Positions 41,211 through 51,521 are shown, counted from the first letter of the stretch. The stretch: DNA of 64,000 nt from Opitutia bacterium (GCA_947478395.1 CANJVR010000006.1:1-64000); one strand, 5' to 3'. Translations and numbers: made by a program. The notes: generated by a model not told the origin, from the letters alone.

Positions 41211-41672
41211 TCAGGGCTTCGCGCCCAACGCCGCCTCACGTAGCGCTTGAGTCAACTGCTCGTAAAACGAATCGTAGAGACCATGCTTGGCGATCGTCTT
41301 TTCCGTCGCGCCGGCTTTGAAGTCGCCTTCCAAAAGTTCACTCAAGCGCAGGCCGACCTCGGTATGGCCGTCGTCGATCGCGCGCAGATGGACCTCGATC
41401 AAAAACTGGCGGGACGAGCCAAACTTGGCGGTGTCGCGCTGACCGCTGCGCGCATTCACGATACCCTGCGCCAGCGCGCTGCGCGTAACCATGAAATCCA
41501 TGCGCTTAAGCGCTTTTTGCGCCGCCGCGTAGACCGTGGCATGGCTGGCGGCAAATGGCCGGCTCTGCAGCGGCGCCGGGTCGAAACGCTCCATCACGCG
41601 ATCGGAAATCGACTCACAGCCCGTGAAGGCGAGCAAAAGACCGAGCAGACAAAGCAGGCGATAGAATTTCAT
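41211..41672 (-). CDS. Hypothetical lipoprotein
   Basis: MKFYRLLCLLGLLLAFTGC lipobox; ATGA overlap with aguA stop. Confidence 0.75.
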   Translation of the reverse strand: MKFYRLLCLLGLLLAFTGCESISDRVMERFDPAPLQSRPFAASHATVYAAAQKALKRMDFMVTRSALAQGIVNARSGQRDTAKFGSSRQFLIEVHLRAIDDGHTEVGLRLSELLEGDFKAGATEKTIAKHGLYDSFYEQLTQALREAALGAKP

Positions 41673-42751
41673 TGGGGCTGCTGTTGGGAAATGCAGTGGA
41701 GAGTGCCAAGTCCCCATACGAGTTCCAGGCAATCGATCGGAATGATCGCCCGACCAGGAAAACAACCAGCCAAAATCTCCGCCGCTTCCGCGTCGCGCTT
41801 AGGCTGGCGGAAAGCGGGCATCAGGACCGCTCCGTTGATGATCAGGAAATTCGCGTAGCTCGCCGGTAACTGCTGGCCATCGCAAAACGCCGGCTTGGGC
41901 ATGGGGAGTTCGACGATCTTAAATTTCTTCCCGGCGGGCGTACGCAGACTTTTTAAACGATCGAGATTCTCCTGCAGGATCGGATGATTCTTATCGCGTT
42001 TATTGTTCTCCATCACGGTCACGATTCCGTTCACGGAAAAAAACCGCGTCATGTCATCGATGTGGCCATCGGTGTCGTCGCCGATGATCCCGTCACCCAA
42101 CCAAAGGACCTGCGAGACGCCGAGGTAGTCGTGCAAGGCCCGCTCGATCTCGGCCTTCGTCATCCGGGGATTCCGATTTTTGTTCAGCAAACAGGACTCG
42201 GTCGTGAGCAGCGAACCGGCGCCATTTACATCGAGCGAGCCACCTTCCATGACCATCTTTTTTTCAAACCGGCGGAGTCCGAGCTCCGCCGCGATTTTCG
42301 GCGGGATGGTATTGTCCAAATCGTACGGCGGATATTTGCCGCCCCACGCGTTGTGTTCCCAATCCGTGACCGCGACTTCGCCGGTGCGATCATTCTTCAC
42401 GAAGATCGGACCGTGGTCACGACACCAGGCATCGTTCGTTGGATGGTCGTATAAGGTGACCTTTGAGAGATCGGCCTTTGCCTTGGCGATGAGCGACCAC
42501 GCGCGCTTCTGGAGCGGCTCGGCGATATTGATTCGCACCTCCTCGAAACGACTGATCGTCGCAACGATCTCGGCAAACTTGGCCGGGATGGGGCGAAAAT
42601 GGCCGGGCCAGGTTTTCAGGTTGTGCGGCCACGAAAGCCAAACGGCGACCTGCGGCTCCCACTCGGCGGGCATGCGAAAACCCAACGACGCAGGCGTTGG
42701 GCTTTCGCGGTTTCGAGTTTCGGGTTTTGAGTTTTGAGTTGGGCGAGCCAC
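41669..42751 (-). CDS. aguA: Agmatine deiminase
   Basis: RMPAEWEP, DAWCRDHGP, EGGS, DTDGHID, ASYANF, GTLHCISQQ. Confidence 0.93.
   Translation of the reverse strand: MARPTQNSKPETRNRESPTPASLGFRMPAEWEPQVAVWLSWPHNLKTWPGHFRPIPAKFAEIVATISRFEEVRINIAEPLQKRAWSLIAKAKADLSKVTLYDHPTNDAWCRDHGPIFVKNDRTGEVAVTDWEHNAWGGKYPPYDLDNTIPPKIAAELGLRRFEKKMVMEGGSLDVNGAGSLLTTESCLLNKNRNPRMTKAEIERALHDYLGVSQVLWLGDGIIGDDTDGHIDDMTRFFSVNGIVTVMENNKRDKNHPILQENLDRLKSLRTPAGKKFKIVELPMPKPAFCDGQQLPASYANFLIINGAVLMPAFRQPKRDAEAAEILAGCFPGRAIIPIDCLELVWGLGTLHCISQQQPQ
42709..42743. repeat. Solo heptamer array (RGTTTYG)n in 5' end of aguA
   Basis: GGTTTCG AGTTTCG GGTTTTG AGTTTTG AGTTGGG, same unit as 13494. Confidence 0.85.
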
Positions 42752-42770
42752 GGGAAATTAAGTTTCTTCC

Positions 42771-42859
42771 GTCATTCTGAGCGCAGCGAAGAATCCAGTG
42801 CGACAACGCCAAAGACTTCGACTGCGTCCAAGTGGATTCTTCGCTGCGCTCAGAATGAC
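42771..42859. repeat. Perfect 27-bp inverted repeat element between aguB and aguA
   Basis: GTCATTCTGAGCGCAGCGAAGAATCCA / TGGATTCTTCGCTGCGCTCAGAATGAC. Confidence 0.92.
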
Positions 42860-42880
42860 AAATCCGACCGACCGGAAAAA

Positions 42881-43759
42881 TCAGTCAATGAAACGCTTCG
42901 TCAAATCGCCGTAGGCGTCGATCCGACGGTCGCGGAGAAACGGCCAGTGCGTGCGCGTCACGTCAACTTTGCCCAGCTCGATCGGCACGAGTAGGATTTC
43001 CTCCCGATCGACACTCGCCTTTGCGAGGATCTGCCCGCTCGTGCCCGCGACGAAACTCTGGCCCCAAAATTCCAAGCCCGGTCCGCCGATCGGTTGCTCC
43101 AGGCCGACCCGATTGATCGCCGCGACATAACAGCCGTTGGCCACCGCGTGGCTGCGTTGAATGGTTTCCCACGCGCCGTGCTGGTTGACGCCGTACTCGG
43201 CCTTTTCGCCCGGGTGCCAACCGATCGCGGTCGGATAAAAAAGAATCTCCGCGCCCTGCAACGCCGTGAGCCGCGCGCCTTCGGGATACCATTGGTCCCA
43301 GCAGATCAGGACGCCGATCTTACCATATTTCGTTTTCCAGCACCGAAACCCCGTGTCGCCCGGCGTGAAATAAAACTTCTCGTAGAAGAGCGGATCGTCC
43401 GGGATGTGCATCTTCCGGTAAATCCCTAGGAGCTTGCCGTCGGCATCGATGATCACGGCCGTGTTGTGATAAAGGCCCGACGCGCGCTTCTCGAAGAGCG
43501 AGGCGACGATCACGACCTTGTATTTCTTCGCGATCTTCTGAAATGCCGCGGTGCTCGGTCCGGGAATTGGCTCCGCGAGATCGAAGCAAGCGTGATCCTC
43601 GCTCTGACAAAAATACTGCGAGCGAAACAGCTCCTGCGTGCAGATGATTTTCGCCCCTTTCTTCGCGGCCTGTTCCGCGAGCGCGAGCGTCTTTTTGAGA
43701 TTAGCCTTGGGGTCGGCCCCGCAGGCGTGTTGGAGAAGACCGAGGGTTACCTTTGACAT
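42881..43759 (-). CDS. aguB: N-carbamoylputrescine amidase (carbon-nitrogen hydrolase)
   Basis: QELF, YRKMHIPDDP, EKFYFTPGD, ICWDQWYPE; adjacent to aguA. Confidence 0.9.
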   Translation of the reverse strand: MSKVTLGLLQHACGADPKANLKKTLALAEQAAKKGAKIICTQELFRSQYFCQSEDHACFDLAEPIPGPSTAAFQKIAKKYKVVIVASLFEKRASGLYHNTAVIIDADGKLLGIYRKMHIPDDPLFYEKFYFTPGDTGFRCWKTKYGKIGVLICWDQWYPEGARLTALQGAEILFYPTAIGWHPGEKAEYGVNQHGAWETIQRSHAVANGCYVAAINRVGLEQPIGGPGLEFWGQSFVAGTSGQILAKASVDREEILLVPIELGKVDVTRTHWPFLRDRRIDAYGDLTKRFID

Positions 43760-43772
43760 GGTGATTAGACGG

Positions 43773-43866
43773 GCGGATTAAGCGCGAAGACGCAAAGATG
43801 CAAAGATCAGCCGCAAAGTTTGGGTGCAATTTTCACTCTGAATTCAGCCACTTCGCGGCTTTGCGC
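43773..43866. repeat. Octamer-repeat hairpin (CGCAAAGA)n
   Basis: CGCGAAGA CGCAAAGA TGCAAAGA ... CTTCGCGG CTTTGCGC. Confidence 0.65.
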
Positions 43867-43872
43867 TCAACG

Positions 43873-44754
43873 TTAGTAGACGACTTTATTGAGCGGATAT
43901 TCGACGATGCCCTCGGCGCCGAGCGATTTCAGCTGCGGGATGATTTCCCGCACAACGCTTTCGTCGATGATCGTTTCCAGCGCGACCCAGTCGGGGTTGC
44001 TCAAAGGCGAAATCGTCGGATTTCGCAGCGAGGGCACGGCCTTGATGATCGCGTCCAGCGAATTTTTCGGTGCGTTTAATTTGAGCCCGACCTTACTCTC
44101 GGCTTCGAGCGCGCCGCGCAGCAACAGTGCGATCGTCTCGATTTTTTTGCGCTTCGCGGGATTCGCCCAGCTTGCTTTGTTCGCGATGAATTTCGTGTTC
44201 GTCTCGAGCAAGGTTTCCACGATCCGAAGTTTGTTCGCGCGGAGCGAACTGCCCGTTTCCGTGATGTCGACGATGGCATCGACGAGATCCGGTACTTTCA
44301 CCTCCGTCGCGCCCCATGAAAACTCGATCTCGGCCTGCACCCCCTTCGCGGCAAAAAATCGTTTCGTCGTGTTGAGCAGCTCCGTCGCGATGCGTTTGCC
44401 CGCGAGATCGTTGATCGACTGGACGGACGAGTTTTCGGGCACACACAGCACCCAACGGCTCTTCAGGACCGAGGCGCGGCTGTAGATTAAGTCCATCACC
44501 TCGACCACATCCGAACCGTTTTCCTGGATCCAATCGAAGCCCGTCAGGCCGCAATCGAAGAAACCGTGCTCCACGTAGCGGCTGACTTCCTGCGCGCGCA
44601 CGAAACGCCCGTCGAGTTCGGGATCGTCGATCGAGGGTTTGTACGAGCGCGAACTCGTGGCGATTTTCCAACCTGCCTTGGCAAACAGGTTTTTGGTGGA
44701 TTCCTCGAGGCTGCCCTTCGGCAGTCCGAGCATCAGGAGCGGTTGAGCGGACAC
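43873..44754 (-). CDS. hisG: ATP phosphoribosyltransferase (long form)
   Basis: [41 protein letters not shown]. Confidence 0.96.
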   Translation of the reverse strand: MSAQPLLMLGLPKGSLEESTKNLFAKAGWKIATSSRSYKPSIDDPELDGRFVRAQEVSRYVEHGFFDCGLTGFDWIQENGSDVVEVMDLIYSRASVLKSRWVLCVPENSSVQSINDLAGKRIATELLNTTKRFFAAKGVQAEIEFSWGATEVKVPDLVDAIVDITETGSSLRANKLRIVETLLETNTKFIANKASWANPAKRKKIETIALLLRGALEAESKVGLKLNAPKNSLDAIIKAVPSLRNPTISPLSNPDWVALETIIDESVVREIIPQLKSLGAEGIVEYPLNKVVY

Positions 44755-45041
44755 GCGGCCAAGGGACACTCCGCGCCGGAGGCCTTCAAGCAAATTTGCC
44801 GGGCGAGTCACGCTCAGACATTCGCAAAACCCGCCGAGCGGTCCTTCAAAGTTTTCGCGACGAGTCACCGACCGACGAAATCATCGAGCCCATCGACGGG
44901 CTCCGGCCGTGATCCGCTCGCAATGGCTGGAGCGGCCACGGCGTGTGCCACCCCTCGCGGCAACAATCCGAATCAGGACCCGCCCGGATCAGCGCTTCAT
45001 TGACAACTGAATCTCTGCCTTCGACCTTCGCAGCCTCGGCT

Positions 45042-45812
45042 ATGTCAGTAACGTCCACGATTCGTTCCCCCGCAAAACCTCTGATTCTGATTGTCGAGGA
45101 TCAGCCGGAGCTCGGCAAATTGATCGCGAACTATCTGGAAAACGCGGGCCTGCAGGCCCAGATCTGCAGTCGCGGCGATGCCGCCGTGAGATTCCTGAAA
45201 GATCATTTTGCGAATTTGATGCTCCTCGACATCGACCTGCCGGACCAATCCGGATTCGCCGTGCTCGAGAAATTGAAGAAGGAGGGTATTTCCGTCCCGA
45301 CGATTTTTCTCACCGGCGACGACGAAGAATCCAGCAAGCTTCGGGGGCTCGAAATGGGTGGCGACGACTACGTCACAAAGCCCTTCAGCTACGCGGAGCT
45401 GATCGCTCGCATCAACGCGGTCCTGCGGCGCGCGGAGTCCGCCTCCGATCGAAATATCACCAAGAACGTCAAGGTGAGCGACCGTCCCTTCGAGTTTTGC
45501 GGGTCGCAGATCAATCCGCAGCGGCTTGAGGTCACGTTTCCCGAGAAAAAGGTCACGCTGAACATCGGCCGGAAGGAGCTCGGCATCATCGCCTATCTGC
45601 ACGCCCACCAAGGCGAGGTGATCACGCGTCAGACTCTCATCCATTCCGTGTGGGGTATTCATGCTGATATCACGAGTCGCTCGCTCGACCAGTACATCGT
45701 GAAGATCCGCGAGCTGTTCGGCGAACACGGGCTGAAACTCGACCGCTTCCGCACGGTGCACGGCGTCGGCTATATCTTCGATCCGACCGGCGTGACGAAC
45801 GTCGGGGAATGA
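45042..45812 (+). CDS. OmpR-family response regulator
   Basis: IVED, LLDIDLP, GGDDYVTKPF, winged helix RTVHGVGY. Confidence 0.93.
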   Translation: MSVTSTIRSPAKPLILIVEDQPELGKLIANYLENAGLQAQICSRGDAAVRFLKDHFANLMLLDIDLPDQSGFAVLEKLKKEGISVPTIFLTGDDEESSKLRGLEMGGDDYVTKPFSYAELIARINAVLRRAESASDRNITKNVKVSDRPFEFCGSQINPQRLEVTFPEKKVTLNIGRKELGIIAYLHAHQGEVITRQTLIHSVWGIHADITSRSLDQYIVKIRELFGEHGLKLDRFRTVHGVGYIFDPTGVTNVGE

Positions 45813-46137
45813 GATGGCCAAAGGTCAGGCGGATTATTCCTAATCCGCCGCGCCGGCTCTGCCCTTAAGCCGGCGCTTCAGGGTGAACCGGCCCCACCCT
45901 TTGCAGCCCCAGCCTCGCCACCAGCGATGGCATAGAAGTCTCCGCGATATCGCCGCGATCGCATCGCTACTGGGCTCCAGCGAAGCACCGAGAAAAGCAA
46001 TTTTCACCCGCGAGGCGAAACCCCGCAGCGGCGAAGATTCACCTGCGATAAACGCACGCCGTGCCGTTCGTAAACCCCGGGCCGCCCCCGCAACCACAAA
46101 ACACGGAATTCAGCGCGCCTACCGCGCCCTCACCGCT

Positions 46138-47709
46138 TCACGTGCCCGGTTGCACGTACAGCACCGGCGCGAAGAGCCGGCGCTCAGCGCCACGCGGGTC
46201 GTCTCCCACCCGGGTCGAGGTGTCGAACAACATCGTTGACCGCCGCACGAGGTCGAAGCGTGGCCACGGCGCCAGCGCGGGCGTGTTCGGAGTGCCCGTG
46301 CGGGCAAAAGCGATGAGCGCCGAACTCATCTCATCGGCGATTTTTTGTGCAGCCGCCCCGCCGCCCACCGTCAGGTTGCTCGCCGCCACATTGTCGAACA
46401 CCAGGGGAATATCGATCATGTGCGGCGCGCGCCACTTGCCGCCGTCGGCCGGCGACGGCCAATCGACGTTATACACAAACGTCGGTGCCCCGCCTTGCTG
46501 CGCGCGCCGTTCAGTCTGAATAACAAAACCTTTCCACGAACGCGCGGCCGTGGTCGCGGCGAAAAAAATATCGGTCGGAGCATACGCCGGATAGAAGCGG
46601 CGATACTCATCGACGATTTTTTCCGGCGCGAGATTACCGATGAAAGCGGGCACGTGCTGCGCGATTTTTCCCGGCAACGCCGTCCAGGTCAGCGTGAACA
46701 ACCCGTCATCCGACGCACCGATGAGGTTACGCGTTTCGTCGTGCGTATTGCCCATCACCATCGGAATGTCCGCCGACAGCGGCGATGCCTCTGGCGAAAA
46801 GGGATCGCGCGGCAACACCGAGCCGTCGACTACCGGCGTCCAATTTATCCCGCGCATCGCGAGCAACAGACGCTCGAGCGATACGCTTTGAAGTTCGCGG
46901 CAACGCTCAGGCGTGAGGTCGAGCGCCTTGAGCAAATTGCGTGCGTCGGCGGTGGCGTGTTCGCGCGTCCGCCCGGTCAGTTGTTGACCGCTCATCGTCC
47001 ATACCCGGTGAAACAAACCGCGGGCCGCCGGCATGGCCATCAACGTCGCGCACTTGGCTCCGCCACCCGATTGGCCAAAAATCGTCACGCTACCCGGATC
47101 GCCGCCGAACTCCGCGATATTGTCGTGGACCCATCGCAGCGCCAGCACGAGATCGAGCTGGCCCACATTCCCGGACTCGGCGAACTCCGGTCCGCCCAGC
47201 TCCGCGAGATAGAGATAGCCCAAACCATTCAACCGGTGATTGACGGTTACAACCACGACGTCGCCCCGCGTGGCCAATCGGACGCCGTCGTAAAGGGCTT
47301 CGTTGACCGAGCCATTGCTGTACGCGCCACCATGGAAATAAACCAGCACCGGCCGTCGGCCGCCATCACGCAAAGCGGGCGTCCACACGTTGAGACGCAG
47401 GCAATCCTCGCTCATCGACTGGTCCGTCGCGGCCGCACGGCCCTGCGGTGCCATCGGCCCGAATTGCAATGCGTCGCGCACGCCCGTCCACGGTGCCGGT
47501 CGGACGGGTGCCTGGAACCGATGCAGTGCCGTGTCGGCTCCGTAAGGAATACCTTTGAACGAAAAAATCCCGCGATCGACGAAACCGCGCACCGCACCGC
47601 CGGTGGTTTTTGCCACGGAGTTCGGCTCATCGGCCGCGTGCAAGGGGGAAAATAAATTCAGCGCCGCGCTTAAACCGACGATGGCACACCAACGAAATCC
47701 GATATTCAT
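46138..47709 (-). CDS. Type B carboxylesterase, exported
   Basis: SEDCLRLNVW, HGGA, GQSGG, GNTHDE, APHMID. Confidence 0.94.
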   Translation of the reverse strand: MNIGFRWCAIVGLSAALNLFSPLHAADEPNSVAKTTGGAVRGFVDRGIFSFKGIPYGADTALHRFQAPVRPAPWTGVRDALQFGPMAPQGRAAATDQSMSEDCLRLNVWTPALRDGGRRPVLVYFHGGAYSNGSVNEALYDGVRLATRGDVVVVTVNHRLNGLGYLYLAELGGPEFAESGNVGQLDLVLALRWVHDNIAEFGGDPGSVTIFGQSGGGAKCATLMAMPAARGLFHRVWTMSGQQLTGRTREHATADARNLLKALDLTPERCRELQSVSLERLLLAMRGINWTPVVDGSVLPRDPFSPEASPLSADIPMVMGNTHDETRNLIGASDDGLFTLTWTALPGKIAQHVPAFIGNLAPEKIVDEYRRFYPAYAPTDIFFAATTAARSWKGFVIQTERRAQQGGAPTFVYNVDWPSPADGGKWRAPHMIDIPLVFDNVAASNLTVGGGAAAQKIADEMSSALIAFARTGTPNTPALAPWPRFDLVRRSTMLFDTSTRVGDDPRGAERRLFAPVLYVQPGT

Positions 47710-48080
47710 GGGGTTCTAATTTCCGCCTCGCAGCCAAGATGGGGCACGTTTGCCGCCGAACGCGGGAGCGCAAGAACGTCAGTGGCCGGGCGGTGGTTGG
47801 GGGATCGAAGCACCGGTGGGGACACTACGACGCGACGATGCCGGGGGAAGTGAAATGTCATCTGAATCGACGTCGAAATTTCCCGCGCACCCCGGCGGGG
47901 CCATGGCGTGAAAGGCCAACGTGACCGTGCGGCCGAAAGAAAGTAGCCGCCCACATTGCACCGCAATAATCCGGACGACACCTTCTCCCGCCTCACGCGA
48001 CCTTCGGTTTCTTGAGGCCCGCGCATCCACGGACGGTTTCGCCCGCGCTCGCAGGCCACGCCGGCCGAGGGCCGATACCG

Positions 48081-48113
48081 AACCGGCGCGTTGAGGATAA
48101 CGCGCGCTACCTT
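48081..48113. repeat. Half copy of REP family C
   Basis: AACCGGCGCGTTGAGGATAACGCGCGCTACCTT resembles the right arm at 14843-14875. Confidence 0.65.
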
Positions 48114-48188
48114 ATTCAGACCCACCCGCTGCGGCGCTTGACTAGGCCGGCACCCTATGAAACATCGACCCTTTCACCAACCAACATC

Positions 48189-48287
48189 ATGGGCCAACAA
48201 CTGAACAAGCTGATCAAACGCAAACGCCGCGCCGCCTACAATAAGCGCAGAAAAATCGCCGCCAAAAAGACTGCGACGAAGAAGTAA
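48189..48287 (+). CDS. Small basic protein (32 aa)
   Basis: MGQQLNKLIKRKRRAAYNKRRKIAAKKTATKK; upstream TTGACT at 48138; followed by terminator-like hairpin. Confidence 0.7.
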   Translation: MGQQLNKLIKRKRRAAYNKRRKIAAKKTATKK

Positions 48288-48317
48288 GCCCCGCGCAGCA
48301 TCGTTTTCTGTCCGATG

Positions 48318-48344
48318 AAACCGCGGCCCACGCCGCGGTTTTTT
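48318..48344 (+). terminator. Intrinsic terminator
   Basis: AAACCGCGGC-CCAC-GCCGCGGTTT followed by T tract. Confidence 0.75.
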
Positions 48345-48377
48345 GTTCGCGCGATTCGCCCTCCCCCTTCTCCCATC

Positions 48378-49793
48378 ATGATCAAAGTCAGTCTCATTTC
48401 CCTCGGTTGCGCCAAAAATCTGGTGGATTCGGAAATCATGATCGGCCACCTCCACCAGGCCGGCATGACCGTCATCGCCGAGGCGGAAAAGGCCGACGTC
48501 GTGATCGTCAATACGTGCTCGTTCATCGACTCCTCGAAAGAGGAATCCATCGGCCACATCCTTGAGGTGCATCAGAATCGCGGCATGAAGAAGCGCCGCC
48601 AGGAACAGAAGCTCATCGTCGCCGGCTGCATGTCGCAGCGTTTCTCAAAAGATCTTTCCTCGTCGTTAAACGACGAAGTCGACGCGTTCATCGGGCTCGA
48701 TCAGGTCACCAAGGTTGCCCCGATCATCGAGGCGCTTTACGCGAAGGAGCGGGCGGGCGCCCAGGTTCCGGAAAATTTCGTCACCGCGCGTTCGACGTAT
48801 ATTCCCGACTACAACACGCCCCGTTTTCGGCTGACTCCGAAACACTTTGCGTACGTCAAGATCGCCGAGGGCTGCAATCACCCGTGCACGTTCTGCATCA
48901 TCCCGCAAATTCGCGGCCGGCATCGCAGCCGCACGGTTGACAGCGTCGTCGCCGAGGCCCGCCAGCTCGTAAAAGAGGGCGTGAAGGAGTTAAATCTGAT
49001 TTCGCAAGACACGACGTTCTTCGGGATGGACACCTGGGAGCAGCGCCCCAATCCGCGCACGCCGGTCGATTCCTCCCGCGGCACGGCCCTCACTACCCTT
49101 CTCCGCGAGCTTAACGCGATCGAGGGCGATTTCTGGATCCGGCTGCTTTACACGCATCCGGCGCACTGGAGCGACGAGCTGATCCAAACCATCGCCGAAT
49201 GCCCGAAGGTGGCCCGCTATATCGACATTCCGCTCCAGCACATCAGCGACAACATGCTTGGCGCGATGCAGCGCGAAACGAGCGGCGATTACATCCGCGA
49301 TCTGATCCGCCGCATCCGCGCCGGCATCCCGGGCATCGCGGTGCGCACGACTTTCATTGTGGGCTTTCCCGGCGAAACCGAAGCCGACGTCGATGAACTT
49401 TGCACGTTCATCAGCGAAACGAAATTTGAACGACTCGGCGTGTTTCGCTATTCCCAAGAGGAAGGCACGCGCGGAGCGAAGATGGAGCATCAAATTCCCG
49501 CGAAGACCAAGGAAGCCCGCTGGCACCGCCTGATGAAACTCCAGCGCGATATCGCCGCTGACGTCAGCCGGAGCCAGGTCGGCCGCAAACTCAACGTGCT
49601 CGTCGAAGAACCGGGTGTGGCCCGGGGCGAGAGTGACGCCCCCGACATCGACGGTCGCGTCTATGTGCCCCGCGGATTGCACGTGGGCGAATTCGCCGAG
49701 GTCACGATTACCGGTTTCCAAGATTACGATTTGCTCGCGCTGCCCAAGGGCGAGCGCCCGGTGGAGTTCAAGGTCGCCAAACAAGCCCAGTAA
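48378..49793 (+). CDS. rimO: Ribosomal protein uS12 methylthiotransferase
   Basis: SLGCAKNLVDSE, NTCSFI, EGCNHPCTFCIIP, APDIDG. Confidence 0.96.
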   Translation: MIKVSLISLGCAKNLVDSEIMIGHLHQAGMTVIAEAEKADVVIVNTCSFIDSSKEESIGHILEVHQNRGMKKRRQEQKLIVAGCMSQRFSKDLSSSLNDEVDAFIGLDQVTKVAPIIEALYAKERAGAQVPENFVTARSTYIPDYNTPRFRLTPKHFAYVKIAEGCNHPCTFCIIPQIRGRHRSRTVDSVVAEARQLVKEGVKELNLISQDTTFFGMDTWEQRPNPRTPVDSSRGTALTTLLRELNAIEGDFWIRLLYTHPAHWSDELIQTIAECPKVARYIDIPLQHISDNMLGAMQRETSGDYIRDLIRRIRAGIPGIAVRTTFIVGFPGETEADVDELCTFISETKFERLGVFRYSQEEGTRGAKMEHQIPAKTKEARWHRLMKLQRDIAADVSRSQVGRKLNVLVEEPGVARGESDAPDIDGRVYVPRGLHVGEFAEVTITGFQDYDLLALPKGERPVEFKVAKQAQ

Positions 49794-50048
49794 AAATCAT
49801 GCCGGGGCGCGGGATTCGCCTCCGGCGCTTGGCTTGATCCTCGGCCGTCTGTGTCTTTCAGGCGACGCGCGGCATCCGCTCAATACCAGGATCAACGCCC
49901 GCAACGACCCAAATTTTTCCATGGTGGCCTGCGCCGAAACTGGCCGCCTCACCGCTTAAGACCGCCGCGAACTCACCGCCGCGAAAAAGTAGATCCGATT
50001 GCCCGACGTTAAAGCCGCAAGCGGTCCAAAGGCCGCCGTGACGCGCGA

Positions 50049-51521
50049 TCAGGAACTCACCGCCGCCGTGTAGCGCGGGATGATTCCGTCGAACGAGCCG
50101 TTGCTGAAAAAAGCGACAACCCGCGGCAGACGCGGCGGCCGCGTGTCGGCCACCAGCATATCCAACAGCGCCGCATTCGTGGGAGCCGTACGCGCGTGCA
50201 CGCCTTGGGTTTCGAGGTGTTGAACGACGGCCTCGGCATCGAAGCGTTCCTCCGCTTTGAGTTTGTCTGCGCGGCTCACCGCCCCGAGGTAAACTTCATC
50301 CGCCAAGCCAAGCGCACGGGTAAACCCTGCCTGCAGCGCCTTCGTCCGCGCGGTGTTGCTCCGCGGCTCGAACACCGCGGTGAGGCGTGCGCCGGGAAAA
50401 CGGGCGCGAAACGACTGCAAAGTTTGCGCAATCGCTGTCGGGTGATGCCCAAAGTCCTCAATCACCGTCAGCGCGGGCGTGCTTAAAAGTATTTCCTGCC
50501 GCCGCTTCACGCCCCGAAATCGTCCGAGCGGCTCCAAGTCGAGCCGGTCACGCCCCGTCGGCAATGGCACCCCATCAGTGACGTTTGCCAAATTCGATAA
50601 GGACGATGGCACCGCGAGCAGCGCGAGTTGGGCCGCCGTCGCGGCCATAGCGGCGTTGCGGGCATTGAACAGGCCGGGCTGGGACCATTTTATCCAGGCC
50701 CACGGGCGTCCGAACCAAGTGAGCGTGAACTCAGCGCCGCTGGCCGACTCGGTAAACGCTTCGATCCGGATGTTGTTACCTGCGCCCGTGCCCACGCGCA
50801 CGACGCGCGTCCACGCCATGGCGCCTAGCGCGCGCAGATTTTCGTCATCGCCATTCATCACAATGAATCCGTTGCGCGGCACAATCCGCGTCAGATGCGT
50901 GAACGTCCGCTGCACATCAGCCAGGTCGCGAAAAATATCCGCATGGTCGAACTCGAGATTGTTCAACACGGCGATGTGGGGCGCGTAGTGGATGAACTTG
51001 CTGCGCTTATCGAAGAACGCGCTGTCGTATTCGTCGCCCTCAATCACGAAAGGATCGGACCCTGCGCCGAGATGATTACCGACCGGCGGATCCTGCGGAA
51101 CGCCGCCGATAAGAAATCCCGGATCGCGCCCGTTTTCCCGCAGCAAAAACGCCGCGAGTGCAGTCGTCGTGGTTTTGCCGTGGGTGCCGGCTACGACGAT
51201 ATTTTTTCGCAACCGCAAAACGTGATCGTGCAGCAGCGCCGGCAGCGAAGTAAACGGCAGCGCGCGGGCGTCGAGCAGCCACTCGACTTCGGCGTTACCG
51301 CGCGACATCGCGTTGCCGATCACGACCAGATCCGGTTTTAACATCGCCAGTCGCGCCGGATCATAGCCCTCGTGCAACGTGATGCCGGCCTCGGCCAGCA
51401 CGGTGCTCATCGGCGGATAAACGCCCGTATCAGCGCCGAGCACCTCATGGCCCGCCGCTCGGGCGAGCAACGCCGCATTGCCCATGGCCGTGCCGCAAAT
51501 GCCCATAAAGTAAATCCGCAT
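50049..51521 (-). CDS. mpl: Murein peptide ligase
   Basis: MGICGTAMG, YPPMST, GTHGKTTT, EGDEYDSAFFDKRSKF, LEFDHADIF, EPRSNT, SNGSF. Confidence 0.93.
   Translation of the reverse strand: MRIYFMGICGTAMGNAALLARAAGHEVLGADTGVYPPMSTVLAEAGITLHEGYDPARLAMLKPDLVVIGNAMSRGNAEVEWLLDARALPFTSLPALLHDHVLRLRKNIVVAGTHGKTTTTALAAFLLRENGRDPGFLIGGVPQDPPVGNHLGAGSDPFVIEGDEYDSAFFDKRSKFIHYAPHIAVLNNLEFDHADIFRDLADVQRTFTHLTRIVPRNGFIVMNGDDENLRALGAMAWTRVVRVGTGAGNNIRIEAFTESASGAEFTLTWFGRPWAWIKWSQPGLFNARNAAMAATAAQLALLAVPSSLSNLANVTDGVPLPTGRDRLDLEPLGRFRGVKRRQEILLSTPALTVIEDFGHHPTAIAQTLQSFRARFPGARLTAVFEPRSNTARTKALQAGFTRALGLADEVYLGAVSRADKLKAEERFDAEAVVQHLETQGVHARTAPTNAALLDMLVADTRPPRLPRVVAFFSNGSFDGIIPRYTAAVSS

Noticed and set aside
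45813..46137. Possible ncRNA or small ORFs after the response regulator
   Set aside because: No recognisable RNA motif or coding signal by eye
47710..48080. Riboswitch or ORF upstream of the carboxylesterase
   Set aside because: No known aptamer consensus recognised; ORFs look spurious
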